This document shows, piece by piece, positions 1 through 8,964 of a stretch of DNA of 32,000 bases. The stretch is from Okeania sp. Its GTDB lineage: Bacteria; Cyanobacteriota; Cyanobacteriia; Cyanobacteriales; Microcoleaceae. The notes under the pieces were generated by a model that was given only the letters and a program-made list of their open reading frames with translations, had not been told where the DNA came from and searched no databases. The stretch's first letter is position 1, and each line of letters opens with the position of its first letter. The stretch spans positions 60,001 to 92,000 of the forward strand of contig NZ_JAYKGW010000210.1 of NCBI RefSeq assembly GCF_035285525.1. Direction: 5' to 3'. The position numbers and the translations under genes are program-made.

Positions 1-358
1 TTTCAGCATCCATTGCTTCCCATTTTCCTGCCAGTCTTTTTTTAATAGCTTCCCTTCCCACAGTCCGAGTAAAGATAAATGCAATAATAGCAGCAATAAT
101 AGCAGCAATACTTGTCCATATTGTCCCGATCCAAGGACCAAAAATTGCACCTCCGGTTAAGTTTAGAGCTGTAGAAGGAAGTAATAAAATTGTGGAAATA
201 CTATAGATAATAATATAGATTATTGGAGCCCAAATTCCTGCTTTTCTTAACCAGGTTTGGATTGATTCTGGAGCTATTCCACCTAAAAAATATACAGCAA
301 TACCTGTTGCTACAATACAGATAACAGTAAGTAATAATATTCCCCGCTTGAAATTCAT
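1..358 (-). CDS. TVP38/TMEM64 family (DedA superfamily, VTT domain) membrane protein; 5' part only, CDS continues past the window start
   Basis: Missing from the ORF track because the window edge cuts it. Minus-strand ATG at 356-358. My translation MNFKRGILLLTVICIVATGIAVYFLGGIAPESIQTWLRKAGIWAPIIYIIIYSISTILLLPSTALNLTGGAIFGPWIGTIWTSIAAIIAAIIAFIFTRTVGREAIKKRLAGKWEAMDAE stays open to nt 1. The LPxxxLxLxxGxxFG...TRxxGR pattern matches what I recall of the TVP38/SNARE-associated family. Confidence 0.75.
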   Translation of the reverse strand, partial: MNFKRGILLLTVICIVATGIAVYFLGGIAPESIQTWLRKAGIWAPIIYIIIYSISTILLLPSTALNLTGGAIFGPWIGTIWTSIAAIIAAIIAFIFTRTVGREAIKKRLAGKWEAMDAE

Positions 359-583
359 AGAATTAACTGATTAAATTTGAGAATTAAAACCATTAATTAT
401 TTATCGTAATTATTCAGCTATTAACAGTCAACAAGAGCGCCAACAATGAATAATTCTTTTGTTAGTTTACAGGAGTATACTTTAGTAATAACTTTTAATT
501 CTCCTTGCCAACTAATTTTTTATTCCCAAATAATTATATAAGTTGATAAATTAGCTGATAGCTAATAACTGACGGCTGAATGC

Positions 584-1567
584 TTAATATTTATCTTTAA
601 ATCCATAAGATTCCCGAACTAAATATAAAGGTCTTTTTTTAACTTCATCATGAACTCGACCTAAATATTCTCCCATAACACCCAAAGTGATAAGTTGTAC
701 TCCTCCCAAAAATAGAGTCACAACCATTAATGAAGCATATCCTGGAACATCAATTCCCAAAATCAAAGTCTTAACTATTAAATATGCAGCGTAAACAAAT
801 CCAATACAAGATATAAATAATCCAATATAACTCCAGATTTTGAGGGGAACTGCACTAAAAGATGTGATACCCTCAAGAGCAAAGTTCCATAATTTCCAGT
901 AATTCCATTTTGTTACCCCCTTGTATCGAGCTGGACGATCATATTCTAGGGAAATTTGTTTAAATCCAACCCAAGCAAATAAACCTTTCATAAACCTATG
1001 AGTTTCTGGGAGTTGTTTGATAGCTTCAATCACCTGACGATCCATTAGTCGAAAATCTCCCGTATCTTGGGGAATTTTAATGGGAGTCATCTTTTGAATA
1101 ACACGATAGAAACTATTAGCAGTCATTTGCTTCAGCCAACTTTCTCCAGATCGGGATTTTCTAGTACCATAAACCACATCATATCCTTCTTGCCATTTAG
1201 CCACCATATCCCCAATTAACTCTGGTGGGTCTTGTAGATCGGCATCAATAGGAATTACTGCCTTTCCCATAGCATAGTCCAAACCAGCAGTCATAGCTAC
1301 TTCTTTACCAAAATTACGGGAAAGGTTAATTACCTTAATTAAAGAATTATGCTGATGGTGTTCAATTAAACAATTGAGAGTATTGTCCCGACTTCCATCA
1401 TTTACACAGATAATTTCATAAGTCATATTAAGCGGTTTCAGGACTGAGATTAACCGCTCGAATAGGTAATCAAGATTAGGTTCCTCATTATAACAAGGAA
1501 TAATAATTGATAAATCTATAGTTTTTCCAGGTTGTATATTTTTTAATTCATTACTATAAGTATTCAT
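584..1567 (-). CDS. Family 2 glycosyltransferase, polyprenyl-phosphate sugar synthase type (GtrB/ArnC/DPM1-like)
   Basis: 327-aa ORF. GT-A core motifs LSIIIPCYNEE, VNDGSRDNT and IDADLQDPPE, followed by two C-terminal hydrophobic helices. This layout is typical of bactoprenol-phosphate glycosyltransferases. Confidence 0.9.
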   Translation of the reverse strand: MNTYSNELKNIQPGKTIDLSIIIPCYNEEPNLDYLFERLISVLKPLNMTYEIICVNDGSRDNTLNCLIEHHQHNSLIKVINLSRNFGKEVAMTAGLDYAMGKAVIPIDADLQDPPELIGDMVAKWQEGYDVVYGTRKSRSGESWLKQMTANSFYRVIQKMTPIKIPQDTGDFRLMDRQVIEAIKQLPETHRFMKGLFAWVGFKQISLEYDRPARYKGVTKWNYWKLWNFALEGITSFSAVPLKIWSYIGLFISCIGFVYAAYLIVKTLILGIDVPGYASLMVVTLFLGGVQLITLGVMGEYLGRVHDEVKKRPLYLVRESYGFKDKY

Positions 1568-1763
1568 TTTTTCCGGTTTGAGAAGAGTGACTATGAAAAA
1601 ATTAAGATTGATTTACTACTTCTGATTAGCAAGATGGAGCTATATTTTATAGTAATCTTATTATAGCATTGCTATAAAATATAACAATCTTAACTGTGAC
1701 TTTGAGAGATTGTAAATTGTTCAGAAATAATGAATACGCAAAAAAACTGTAAAGGAACAAATT

Positions 1764-3596
1764 TTATTTAACTTCAGATTCAGGAGCTTTGGAGATAGTA
1801 TTCATCAAGTATTGTTGTTTTTGGCAGTAAAATGTGAAAATAACTAAGAAAAAAATGCTGATAATACTGATTATTATTCCTAGCAAAAAACTATTAGTTA
1901 TTTGGTAAATCAACTTGAATTGATATGAACCTGGATTTACTGTTAATAAGATTGTTCCATCCTCAGCCATTTCAATAGGATATAATTTATCATTGAAATA
2001 TAAATGCCAAGCTGGATAAAAATAAGTCCTCAGTTTAATAGTTGAAGATGTATTTGCTTCAATATCAAATTTTCTTTCATAGCTTGACCATTGTTTAACG
2101 TCTATTAAAGCGTCACCATTCACAACAGAAATTTTAGGCTGTCCTATTTTTGGTACAGGGAAGAAAGGTTTTCCTCCTTCAATATAAGGAATTGGAGCAT
2201 CATGTTTATATTTTTCTCTAATATCAAGCACAAACTCTGCATCCTTGAGTAGAGGACGATACTCTGGTACATCAATCAATTTGTCTGAATAAGGATCAAA
2301 AAGAGCTATTTCCATCCATTCTTTGATAGTAACTATTCCTTTAGTCGGCATATTTAAACCCGGATATTTGCGAGTAATTTTCACACCATAATGAAAATTT
2401 GTTAGATAAATACTAGCAATAATAACTACAGGGAAAAACCTCCATTTCCATTTCAATTCTAATATACCTTTAATTGCTATAGCAGCTAAAGCAGCTTGTC
2501 CAAAATAGAATAAAGGCAATATCCTTGTACTGCGTTGAATCCTTAAAAGTGTTTTACTTTGCAACCAAATAAATTCGGAAAAATTACTAATAAAGAAAAA
2601 TACTACTAACAGAAAAATTGACCAACCAATAATATTTTTGATCTGAATTTTATTCTTTCGCCAACACCAGCAAGAAATTCCACAAAAAACTAAAACAGCT
2701 CCTAAATTTTTGAGAGCTATATCATTAAAATCACTTTTACCTTTAATTAGGTCACTAAGTTGCAACATTAAAAATCCACCTTTAGAACCTAATTGATAAT
2801 CAATATTAACAAATTGTTTTTCCCAAAGTGCTGGTAGTAAATAAAGAGAAGCCATTCCTAAACCTAAGCTAGCAAAAATAATTACTACTACAATATTTTG
2901 CCAGCGCTTATTTAATAATTGATAGCCGATAAAAATTGACCAAGCAATTGTATAAATTAATAGACTAGGAGTATGGGTTAAGGCAACAATAAAGACAAAG
3001 AAAGATAAAAATAAGCCATATTTCCATTTTTCTATAGTTTTTTCAGTTAAGTATAAACCAAGGGGAATCCAAGGAATAGCCCATACAGTTGATAGTCCTC
3101 CTGAGTTAATACTACCTATTAAAAAGGGAGATAACATATAACATAATGCACCACCAAAACTTGCAAATTTTCCCCATTTTTGATATCCATACAGATAAAA
3201 TGTTAAACCAGATAAAAATATTGGCAAAGAAAATAGAATATTCATAGTCTGTTGACTACTTAAGCCAATAAATTTAAAAAAAGAACCTACATAATATGGG
3301 AAGGGAGGATAAAAAACAAAAGTTGGGCTTCCATAGCCAAAATTTGTTCCAGCTAACCATCGTGGATACCAAATTCCTTCTGCTAAATGTTGATAAAAAT
3401 GTTGTACCCATGTAATATGCCACCTAACATCTCCTAAGCCAATCAAACCATAGCGGATTTTTTGTAAGTTAATTACTATTGCTACCAATATAAAAATCAA
3501 AATAACTAAAGTTTCAAAAAGATAATTCTTGGATTTAAAATAATTATGTATTCTTAATAAATTTATGTTCACTATATCAATCTCTCCTTTACTCAA
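1764..3596 (-). CDS. Large polytopic membrane protein, GT-C-like (PTPS-related/YfhO-like integral membrane family); putative periplasmic glycosyltransferase
   Basis: 610-aa ORF with many hydrophobic helices, then a ~170-aa soluble C-terminal region and a final TM helix. The N-terminal loop motif GDVRWHITWVQHF...WYPRWLAGTNFGYGSPTFVFYPPFPYY matches what I recall of this family. It lies directly upstream of, and co-oriented with, the GT2 gene. The CDS call is solid; the function is inferred. Confidence 0.75.
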   Translation of the reverse strand: MSKGEIDIVNINLLRIHNYFKSKNYLFETLVILIFILVAIVINLQKIRYGLIGLGDVRWHITWVQHFYQHLAEGIWYPRWLAGTNFGYGSPTFVFYPPFPYYVGSFFKFIGLSSQQTMNILFSLPIFLSGLTFYLYGYQKWGKFASFGGALCYMLSPFLIGSINSGGLSTVWAIPWIPLGLYLTEKTIEKWKYGLFLSFFVFIVALTHTPSLLIYTIAWSIFIGYQLLNKRWQNIVVVIIFASLGLGMASLYLLPALWEKQFVNIDYQLGSKGGFLMLQLSDLIKGKSDFNDIALKNLGAVLVFCGISCWCWRKNKIQIKNIIGWSIFLLVVFFFISNFSEFIWLQSKTLLRIQRSTRILPLFYFGQAALAAIAIKGILELKWKWRFFPVVIIASIYLTNFHYGVKITRKYPGLNMPTKGIVTIKEWMEIALFDPYSDKLIDVPEYRPLLKDAEFVLDIREKYKHDAPIPYIEGGKPFFPVPKIGQPKISVVNGDALIDVKQWSSYERKFDIEANTSSTIKLRTYFYPAWHLYFNDKLYPIEMAEDGTILLTVNPGSYQFKLIYQITNSFLLGIIISIISIFFLVIFTFYCQKQQYLMNTISKAPESEVK

Positions 3597-3734
3597 TTTT
3601 TAGTCTTTTGAGATAAATACTTCCCTGACATTTTGGTATAGCACTGAGCAAATATCTAAGAACATTTCTCTGTAACAATGAACTTAATAATTCTTACCCA
3701 CACTAGAATTTTACTGATAGTTTTTATCTTTTAT

Positions 3735-3834
3735 AGGAATTACGCAGTAACGCTATATATAGCTCTTAAAACTATTGCAACCTAGCTTTAAGAGCTATAT
3801 ATATAGTACCTTTGGGTAAGTCCTGTTTTATGAC
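3735..3834. mobile_element. MITE-like element, family A (termini AGGA(A/C)TTACGCA ... T(G/T)GGTAAGTCCT)
   Basis: Imperfect terminal inverted repeats with an internal hairpin AGCTCTTAAA...TTTAAGAGCT. The same termini recur at more than 8 sites in the window. Confidence 0.6.
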
Positions 3835-4141
3835 AATGCTTTTTAGTTAGATTGATCAACTACATCGTCACAATCAAAACCCTGTAAGTTTCATGTTGCG
3901 GAGCGCAAATGCCATTTGCGCTCCGCAAAGCTCCGTTTTTTGTCGCCCAGCGTTTGATTTCGGCGATAGCCGAAAACTCCCTTACTATGATCTACTGAAA
4001 TGAAAATCCCTCTCAGCGCAACTTAATGGAAAAATGATATTACCAGCAAAGTTTATTTTTCTAACCAAAAGATATAGTGCTAGATTAGAGTTTGGATAAA
4101 AAATAACTCTGTATTCTTCCTACTTAGTTTTTTTTATATAT

Positions 4142-4495
4142 AGGACTAAAGCCATGAACACTAATTGTAATTGTTTCATCTAAAATGGTGCATTAGGAAG
4201 ACACCGTAGGGACTGGTTTTGCAAGTAGGGACGTTGCATAAGGGCGTCCGTACAACGAGTTTTCGGTTTACTAGATCAACCCACCCCCAGCGATACAAGC
4301 CACCGTTTCAGGGGCGGGTTTGTATAAATCCTAGAATAAGTATGAAAATTTCCTGAGAAACGCGCCCCTACCTATTGCACCATTTTAGATGAAACGGCCT
4401 ATTAGGGTGCGTTTCGCTACGCGACATGTAAAGCGTATTTCGTAACGCACCAATACCCCATATATATATATATATAGCGCCTTTGCTTAAGTCCT
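4142..4495. mobile_element. Composite of nested MITE-like elements (family A shell containing at least three other repeat types)
   Basis: The outer ends AGGACTAAAGCCATGAAC ... GCCTTTGCTTAAGTCCT match the 92-bp copy at 18127-18218. Inside are a GTTTCATCTAAAATGGTGCA ... TGCACCATTTTAGATGAAAC pair, a GGGGCGGGTTT...CGCGCCCCTAC hairpin unit, a GTAGGGACGTTGCAT unit, a TAGGGTGCGTT...GTAACGCACC unit and a (TA)n run at about 4461-4477. Confidence 0.65.
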
Positions 4496-4674
4496 GATAT
4501 ATTTATCCTGTGATACTAAATCTGGTTTACATAGAAGGTTTATTAGAAGGGTAAGGCAGAAGGCATAAGGCATAAGGGTTAGAAAGATTTAGAAAACATA
4601 GCTTTTCATAACCGGATTTGGTATGATTACCATAATTTTAACTATCTTTCTATTCTCTAATTCATTATTACCAT

Positions 4675-5826
4675 ATGACTAATGTTCCCTCCTTAGATCT
4701 AACACAACAATATAAAATAATCAGTGAACAATTAAACACTAAAATTCAAGAGGTACTTGCTTCCGGTCGTTACATTGGTGGTTCCATTGTTGATGAATTT
4801 GAACAACAATTTGCTAGCTATATAAATGTATCTCATTGCGTATCTTGCAACTCTGGGACTGATGCTTTATTTTTAGCTTTACGAGCTGTAAATATTAGAC
4901 CTGGTGATGAAGTAATTACCACCCCTTTTACTTTTTTCTCTACTGCTGAAGTCATTAGTGCAGTGGGGGCAACTCCAGTTTTTATTGATATTGACCCCCA
5001 GACTTTTAACCTAGATATTCAACAACTTGAATCCGCTATAACTGAAAAAACTAAGGCTATTTTGCCAGTACATCTATTTGGTCAACCAGTCAATATGACC
5101 CATTTAATGGCGATCGCTCGTCAGTATAATTTAATAGTCATCGAAGACTGTGCCCAAGCAACTGGAGCAGAATGGTATAACCAAAAAGTCGGAAGTTTTG
5201 GCGATATTGGTTGTTTTAGTTTTTTTCCCACTAAAAATTTAGGAGCTTTTGGAGATGGGGGTGCTGTAACCACAAATAACCCAGCGATCGCTGCTCAAGT
5301 GCGGATGCTCAAAAATCATGGACAGTCTGCCAAATATTACTATGAACAAATCGGTATTAATAGTCGTCTAGATACCATACAAGCTGCAATTTTGCAAATT
5401 AAATTAGGTTATCTAGATAGTTGGAACGAACAACGTCGTAACTTAGCAAATACTTACCATAAACTTCTTGAGGATATAACTGCTATAGTTCCTCCTCAAG
5501 AGTTGTCCGGAAGTAGATGTGTTTGGAATCAATACACAATTAAGCTCAAAAGTCAAGAGTTAGAAGCTACAATAAAGTCTCGTTTTTCAAGTTCTCTCCG
5601 TGACTGGGTTCGGACTCAATTACAAAATAAAAGAATAGGTTCCGCAATCTATTATCCTATACCTTTACATTTACAGCCTGTTTACAAATCCTTAGCATAC
5701 CCTCAGTTGCCAACTGTAGAACAAGTTTGTCATCAAGTTTTGTCCTTACCTATGTTTCCTGAACTGTCCACTCCACAACAAGAACAAGTTATATTTGCTT
5801 TAAAAGATTGTTTGTCAGAATCTTAA
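4675..5826 (+). CDS. DegT/DnrJ/EryC1/StrS-family PLP-dependent nucleotide-sugar aminotransferase
   Basis: 383-aa ORF. Family hallmarks present: CNSGTDAL, VITTPFTFFST, VIEDCAQA, and SFFPTKNLGAFGDGG with the catalytic Lys. Confidence 0.92.
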   Translation: MTNVPSLDLTQQYKIISEQLNTKIQEVLASGRYIGGSIVDEFEQQFASYINVSHCVSCNSGTDALFLALRAVNIRPGDEVITTPFTFFSTAEVISAVGATPVFIDIDPQTFNLDIQQLESAITEKTKAILPVHLFGQPVNMTHLMAIARQYNLIVIEDCAQATGAEWYNQKVGSFGDIGCFSFFPTKNLGAFGDGGAVTTNNPAIAAQVRMLKNHGQSAKYYYEQIGINSRLDTIQAAILQIKLGYLDSWNEQRRNLANTYHKLLEDITAIVPPQELSGSRCVWNQYTIKLKSQELEATIKSRFSSSLRDWVRTQLQNKRIGSAIYYPIPLHLQPVYKSLAYPQLPTVEQVCHQVLSLPMFPELSTPQQEQVIFALKDCLSES

Positions 5827-5948
5827 ATAAACAGGACTGAAGCCATAGAAACCCAGAAACCCCGTTTCTCCTAGAAGTATTTTGTTAACAGCAATGATTT
5901 ACCCTAGAAACTCGGTTTCTTTGCGTGAAAGATTATTTGTCAGAATCT

Positions 5949-6005
5949 TACAGCGGTTTTCATTTTAGTGAACCACAGTAGGGACGTTGCATGCAACGTC
6001 CCTAC
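5949..6005. repeat. 57-bp dispersed unit ending in a 28-bp perfect palindrome GTAGGGACGTTGCATGCAACGTCCCTAC
   Basis: The palindrome lies at 5978-6005. The whole unit recurs, inverted, at 27137-27195 with one mismatch in the palindrome. Confidence 0.85.
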
Positions 6006-6333
6006 AAGGGTTTGGCTATGCCGATGTGGTTTATCCATTTGAAAATTGCTGTCATAGAGCTAGAAGTTTTTTTTGTCAACCTTTTAATAAAAATTTTGAC
6101 TTTTTTTAATATTTCTTTAAAGATTGATTGAGAAAACTTGTAGTTTTGTATACTATACTTAACGAAAATAAAGAAAGCTAACATTTTAAGATAGCAGGGA
6201 TCTAGCTCTATTCAGTTATCAGTCATCAGTACCAAACTCAAAAAAAATAATATTGCTGAAAGCTGACTGCTGAAAGCTGACCGCTTCTTTAAAAAGATAA
6301 ATAAAAAATATAAAATTTAAGAGGAAATTAAAA

Positions 6334-8043
6334 GTGGGTCAAAATCACTTTAATTCAACCAGACGGTACGATGCAGAAGCGATCGCCAACTATTACCAAC
6401 GCCGTCTTTGGTTAGTAATCGGTCGATTGATAATTATAGTCTTTTCTTTTGCCAGCTTTCTCCTGGGAATTTTGTGGGACAAATGGCGATATCACAAAAT
6501 TGAAGATACCCCCGAAAGAGCAACACAACTACGAAAAATCCTAACTAGCTTAGGACCAACATATATCAAAGTAGGTCAAGCACTATCGACAAGACCAGAT
6601 TTAATTCGGAAAGACTTCTTAGAAGAACTAATAAAACTACAAGACCAATTACCACCTTTTGATAATAAAACAGCCATCTCAATTATAGAGACAGAGTTAG
6701 GCAAAAATATCAACCAAATATATAGCGAAATTTCTCCCAACCCAGTTGCAGCAGCTAGTCTAGGCCAAGTTTATCAGGCACGTCTTCAGACTGGCGAAAA
6801 TGTCGCAGTAAAAGTTCAACGACCTAATTTACTACCGATCATAACTCTCGACTTATTCTTAATGCGGTGGACAGCAACTTGGTTAGCTCCCTGGTTGCCT
6901 CTCAATCTTGGCCATGATTTATCTCTCATTGTAGATGAATTTGGCACAAAACTATTTGAAGAAATCGACTATATAAACGAAGGACGTAATGCCGAAAGAT
7001 TTGGCACCTATTTCGCAGATGACCCAAGTGTAAAAGTACCATCAATATATTGGCGTTATACTACTACCAATGTTTTGACCCTAGAATGGATTGATGGTCT
7101 GAAATTATTAGATACAAAAGAAATTCAAGCAGTAGGTCTTGATACAGATACTCTAATTACAGTGGGTGTAACTAGCGGTTTACGTCAGTTACTAGAATTT
7201 GGCTTTTTTCATGCAGACCCTCATCCTGGCAACTTATTTGCCTTAACAGATGGTCGAATGGCCTACATTGACTTTGGTATGATGGATCAACTTGAGCAAG
7301 AGACTAAAGAAACCTTGGTTGACTCAGTAATTCATTTGATTAATCAAGATTATCAGGATTTGGCTCAAGATTTTATTAAGTTAGGATTTTTAGCACCAGA
7401 TGCTGATATTCAACCAATCATACCAGCTCTAGAAATAGTCCTGGGAGATATTATGGGTGAGAAAGTCAAGGATTTTAACTTTAAGACAATTACAGATAAA
7501 TTCTCGGAATTAATGTATGAGTATCCTTTCCGAGTACCTGCTAAGTTTGCTCTAATTATTCGTTCTTTAGTTACTCAAGAAGGTTTAGCTCTTTCCCTAA
7601 ATCCAGATTTTAGAATTGTAGATATAGCTTATCCTTATGTAGCAAGAAGATTATTAAAAGGTGAATCCCCTGCATTACGTCGTCGTTTGATTGAGGTATT
7701 GTTTAAAGATGGAAAGTTCCAGTGGCAAAGACTAGAAAATTTAATTGGTATAGCTCGAACAGACCAAAATTTTGATATACTGCCTACTGCCCAATTAGGT
7801 TTACAATACCTTTTGAGTGAAGAGGGTGAATTTCTGCGAAAACAATTAATACTAGCAATGGTAGAAGATGATCGGATTCACACAGAAGAAGTTAGTCGTC
7901 TGTGGGGTTTGATTCAAGATGATTTACAACCAAGTCGATTGTTTAATATGGCTCTGGGTGCCATAACAGAGTTTTCTACAGAAAAAGCTGCTACAATTAT
8001 ACCTTCTGTAATGGCAATGACAAATTCTCAACCAAGAAGTTAG
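6334..8043 (+). CDS. ABC1/UbiB (AarF) atypical kinase family protein
   Basis: 569-aa ORF with a GTG start preceded by GAGGA. Motifs AAASLGQVYQA, VAVKVQRP, FFHADPHPGNL and IDFGMM are characteristic of ABC1 kinases. Confidence 0.9.
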   Translation: MGQNHFNSTRRYDAEAIANYYQRRLWLVIGRLIIIVFSFASFLLGILWDKWRYHKIEDTPERATQLRKILTSLGPTYIKVGQALSTRPDLIRKDFLEELIKLQDQLPPFDNKTAISIIETELGKNINQIYSEISPNPVAAASLGQVYQARLQTGENVAVKVQRPNLLPIITLDLFLMRWTATWLAPWLPLNLGHDLSLIVDEFGTKLFEEIDYINEGRNAERFGTYFADDPSVKVPSIYWRYTTTNVLTLEWIDGLKLLDTKEIQAVGLDTDTLITVGVTSGLRQLLEFGFFHADPHPGNLFALTDGRMAYIDFGMMDQLEQETKETLVDSVIHLINQDYQDLAQDFIKLGFLAPDADIQPIIPALEIVLGDIMGEKVKDFNFKTITDKFSELMYEYPFRVPAKFALIIRSLVTQEGLALSLNPDFRIVDIAYPYVARRLLKGESPALRRRLIEVLFKDGKFQWQRLENLIGIARTDQNFDILPTAQLGLQYLLSEEGEFLRKQLILAMVEDDRIHTEEVSRLWGLIQDDLQPSRLFNMALGAITEFSTEKAATIIPSVMAMTNSQPRS

Positions 8044-8071
8044 GAGTCATTTCAGTTATCAAAAACAGTCT

Positions 8072-8511
8072 AGTAGGGTGCGTTTCCCTGCACGACATGA
8101 ATGCTACCCATTCCTCACCGAAAGCGTAACGCACTTGTGGTTGGGTTTCGTCCCTCAACCCAACCTACATCTACTCGAAATAGGCGATGGCTTACATTTC
8201 ATTAATGCACCCTACTGCATTGTTTTACCTAAAACTGTGCATGATTATTTGTCATTGGCTTTCGCTACGGGACATGAAAAGCGTAGCTTGGTGAAGCGCA
8301 AACGAATGTGTTTCTCTCCGCGACATGAATGCGGAGCATGGCCTCAGGAAAGCAATTTCATGCTAACTTCCTATTGCATCATTTAATATGATACTGGAGT
8401 TTTTCATCTAAAATAGTAGGGGAAAAAGATTGTGGTTGGGTTTCGTCCGTCAAGCCAAGCTACATCTACTCAAAATAGGCGATGGGTTACATTTCATTAA
8501 TGCACCCTACT
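8072..8511. repeat. Cluster of MITE-like repeats, including an 82-bp direct repeat (8135-8216 and 8430-8511)
   Basis: Family B ends AGTAGGGTGCGTT ... GCACCCTACT. Both 82-bp copies carry the TTGTGGTTGGGTTTCGTCC(C/G)TCAA(C/G)CCAA(C/G)CTACATCTACTC(G/A)AAATAGGCGATGG(C/G)TTACATTTCATTAATGCACCCTACT sequence. Confidence 0.8.
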
Positions 8512-8555
8512 TGACTAAATAAATAATTGTTATAAATTTAAGGAAGTATTTTTTT

Positions 8556-8909
8556 GTGTACAATCTACCTCAACCTCCATATCTTTTAATCCTAGTTGGT
8601 TTGTTGATCAGTTCATCTTCAGGAGCAGTATTTGCTAAATTAATTAAGCAACTGGTTAAAGATTGGTCAAAAAATCCTGCTACTTGTAACATAACGCATA
8701 AGAGAGGACTAACATTACAAATTCCTTATTTAGGTGTTGCTAGTGGTGCATTAATTTTTTTATCATCAAGCTTGCAGTTATTTGGATTTACTAATTTAGT
8801 TGCCTATTCTATCTGTTTGCCTTTAACTATAGGAACTGGGTTAGTTGTTTGGATTCAACTTAGTAAAATTTTAGATAAGATGGAACAGGGTGCAAAGGAA
8901 GAGAATTAA
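8556..8909 (+). CDS. Small hypothetical membrane protein (about 3 TM helices)
   Basis: 117-aa ORF with a GTG start and a good AAGGAAG Shine-Dalgarno about 10 nt upstream. It has hydrophobic segments and is co-oriented with its neighbours. I do not recognise a family. Confidence 0.55.
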   Translation: MYNLPQPPYLLILVGLLISSSSGAVFAKLIKQLVKDWSKNPATCNITHKRGLTLQIPYLGVASGALIFLSSSLQLFGFTNLVAYSICLPLTIGTGLVVWIQLSKILDKMEQGAKEEN

Positions 8910-8964
8910 AATAGATATTACTTCCTAGTTTCAAGAAATAGTAAAGATAATAACATAGCCAAAA

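Noticed and set aside
6140-6153. GTA-N8-TAC (NtcA-type) palindrome GTAGTTTTGTATAC upstream of the ABC1 kinase gene, with TAACAT 25 nt downstream
   Set aside because: The motif has only six specified bases and is expected several times by chance in 32 kb of AT-rich DNA. Spacing to the -10-like hexamer is 25 nt rather than the canonical ~22 nt. No other support.
6002-6184. 60-aa track ORF on the minus strand
   Set aside because: It begins in AT-rich intergenic DNA and ends in the 28-bp palindrome. It has Lys/Ile/Phe-rich low-complexity composition typical of AT-rich non-coding sequence, no RBS and no recognisable family.
8078-8386. 102-aa track ORF downstream of the ABC1 kinase gene
   Set aside because: It lies entirely within MITE-like repeats (family B ends, GGTTGGGTTTCG unit). 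The translation is low-complexity, rich in Cys, His and Pro, with no RBS. Equivalent repeat copies elsewhere are not in frame.
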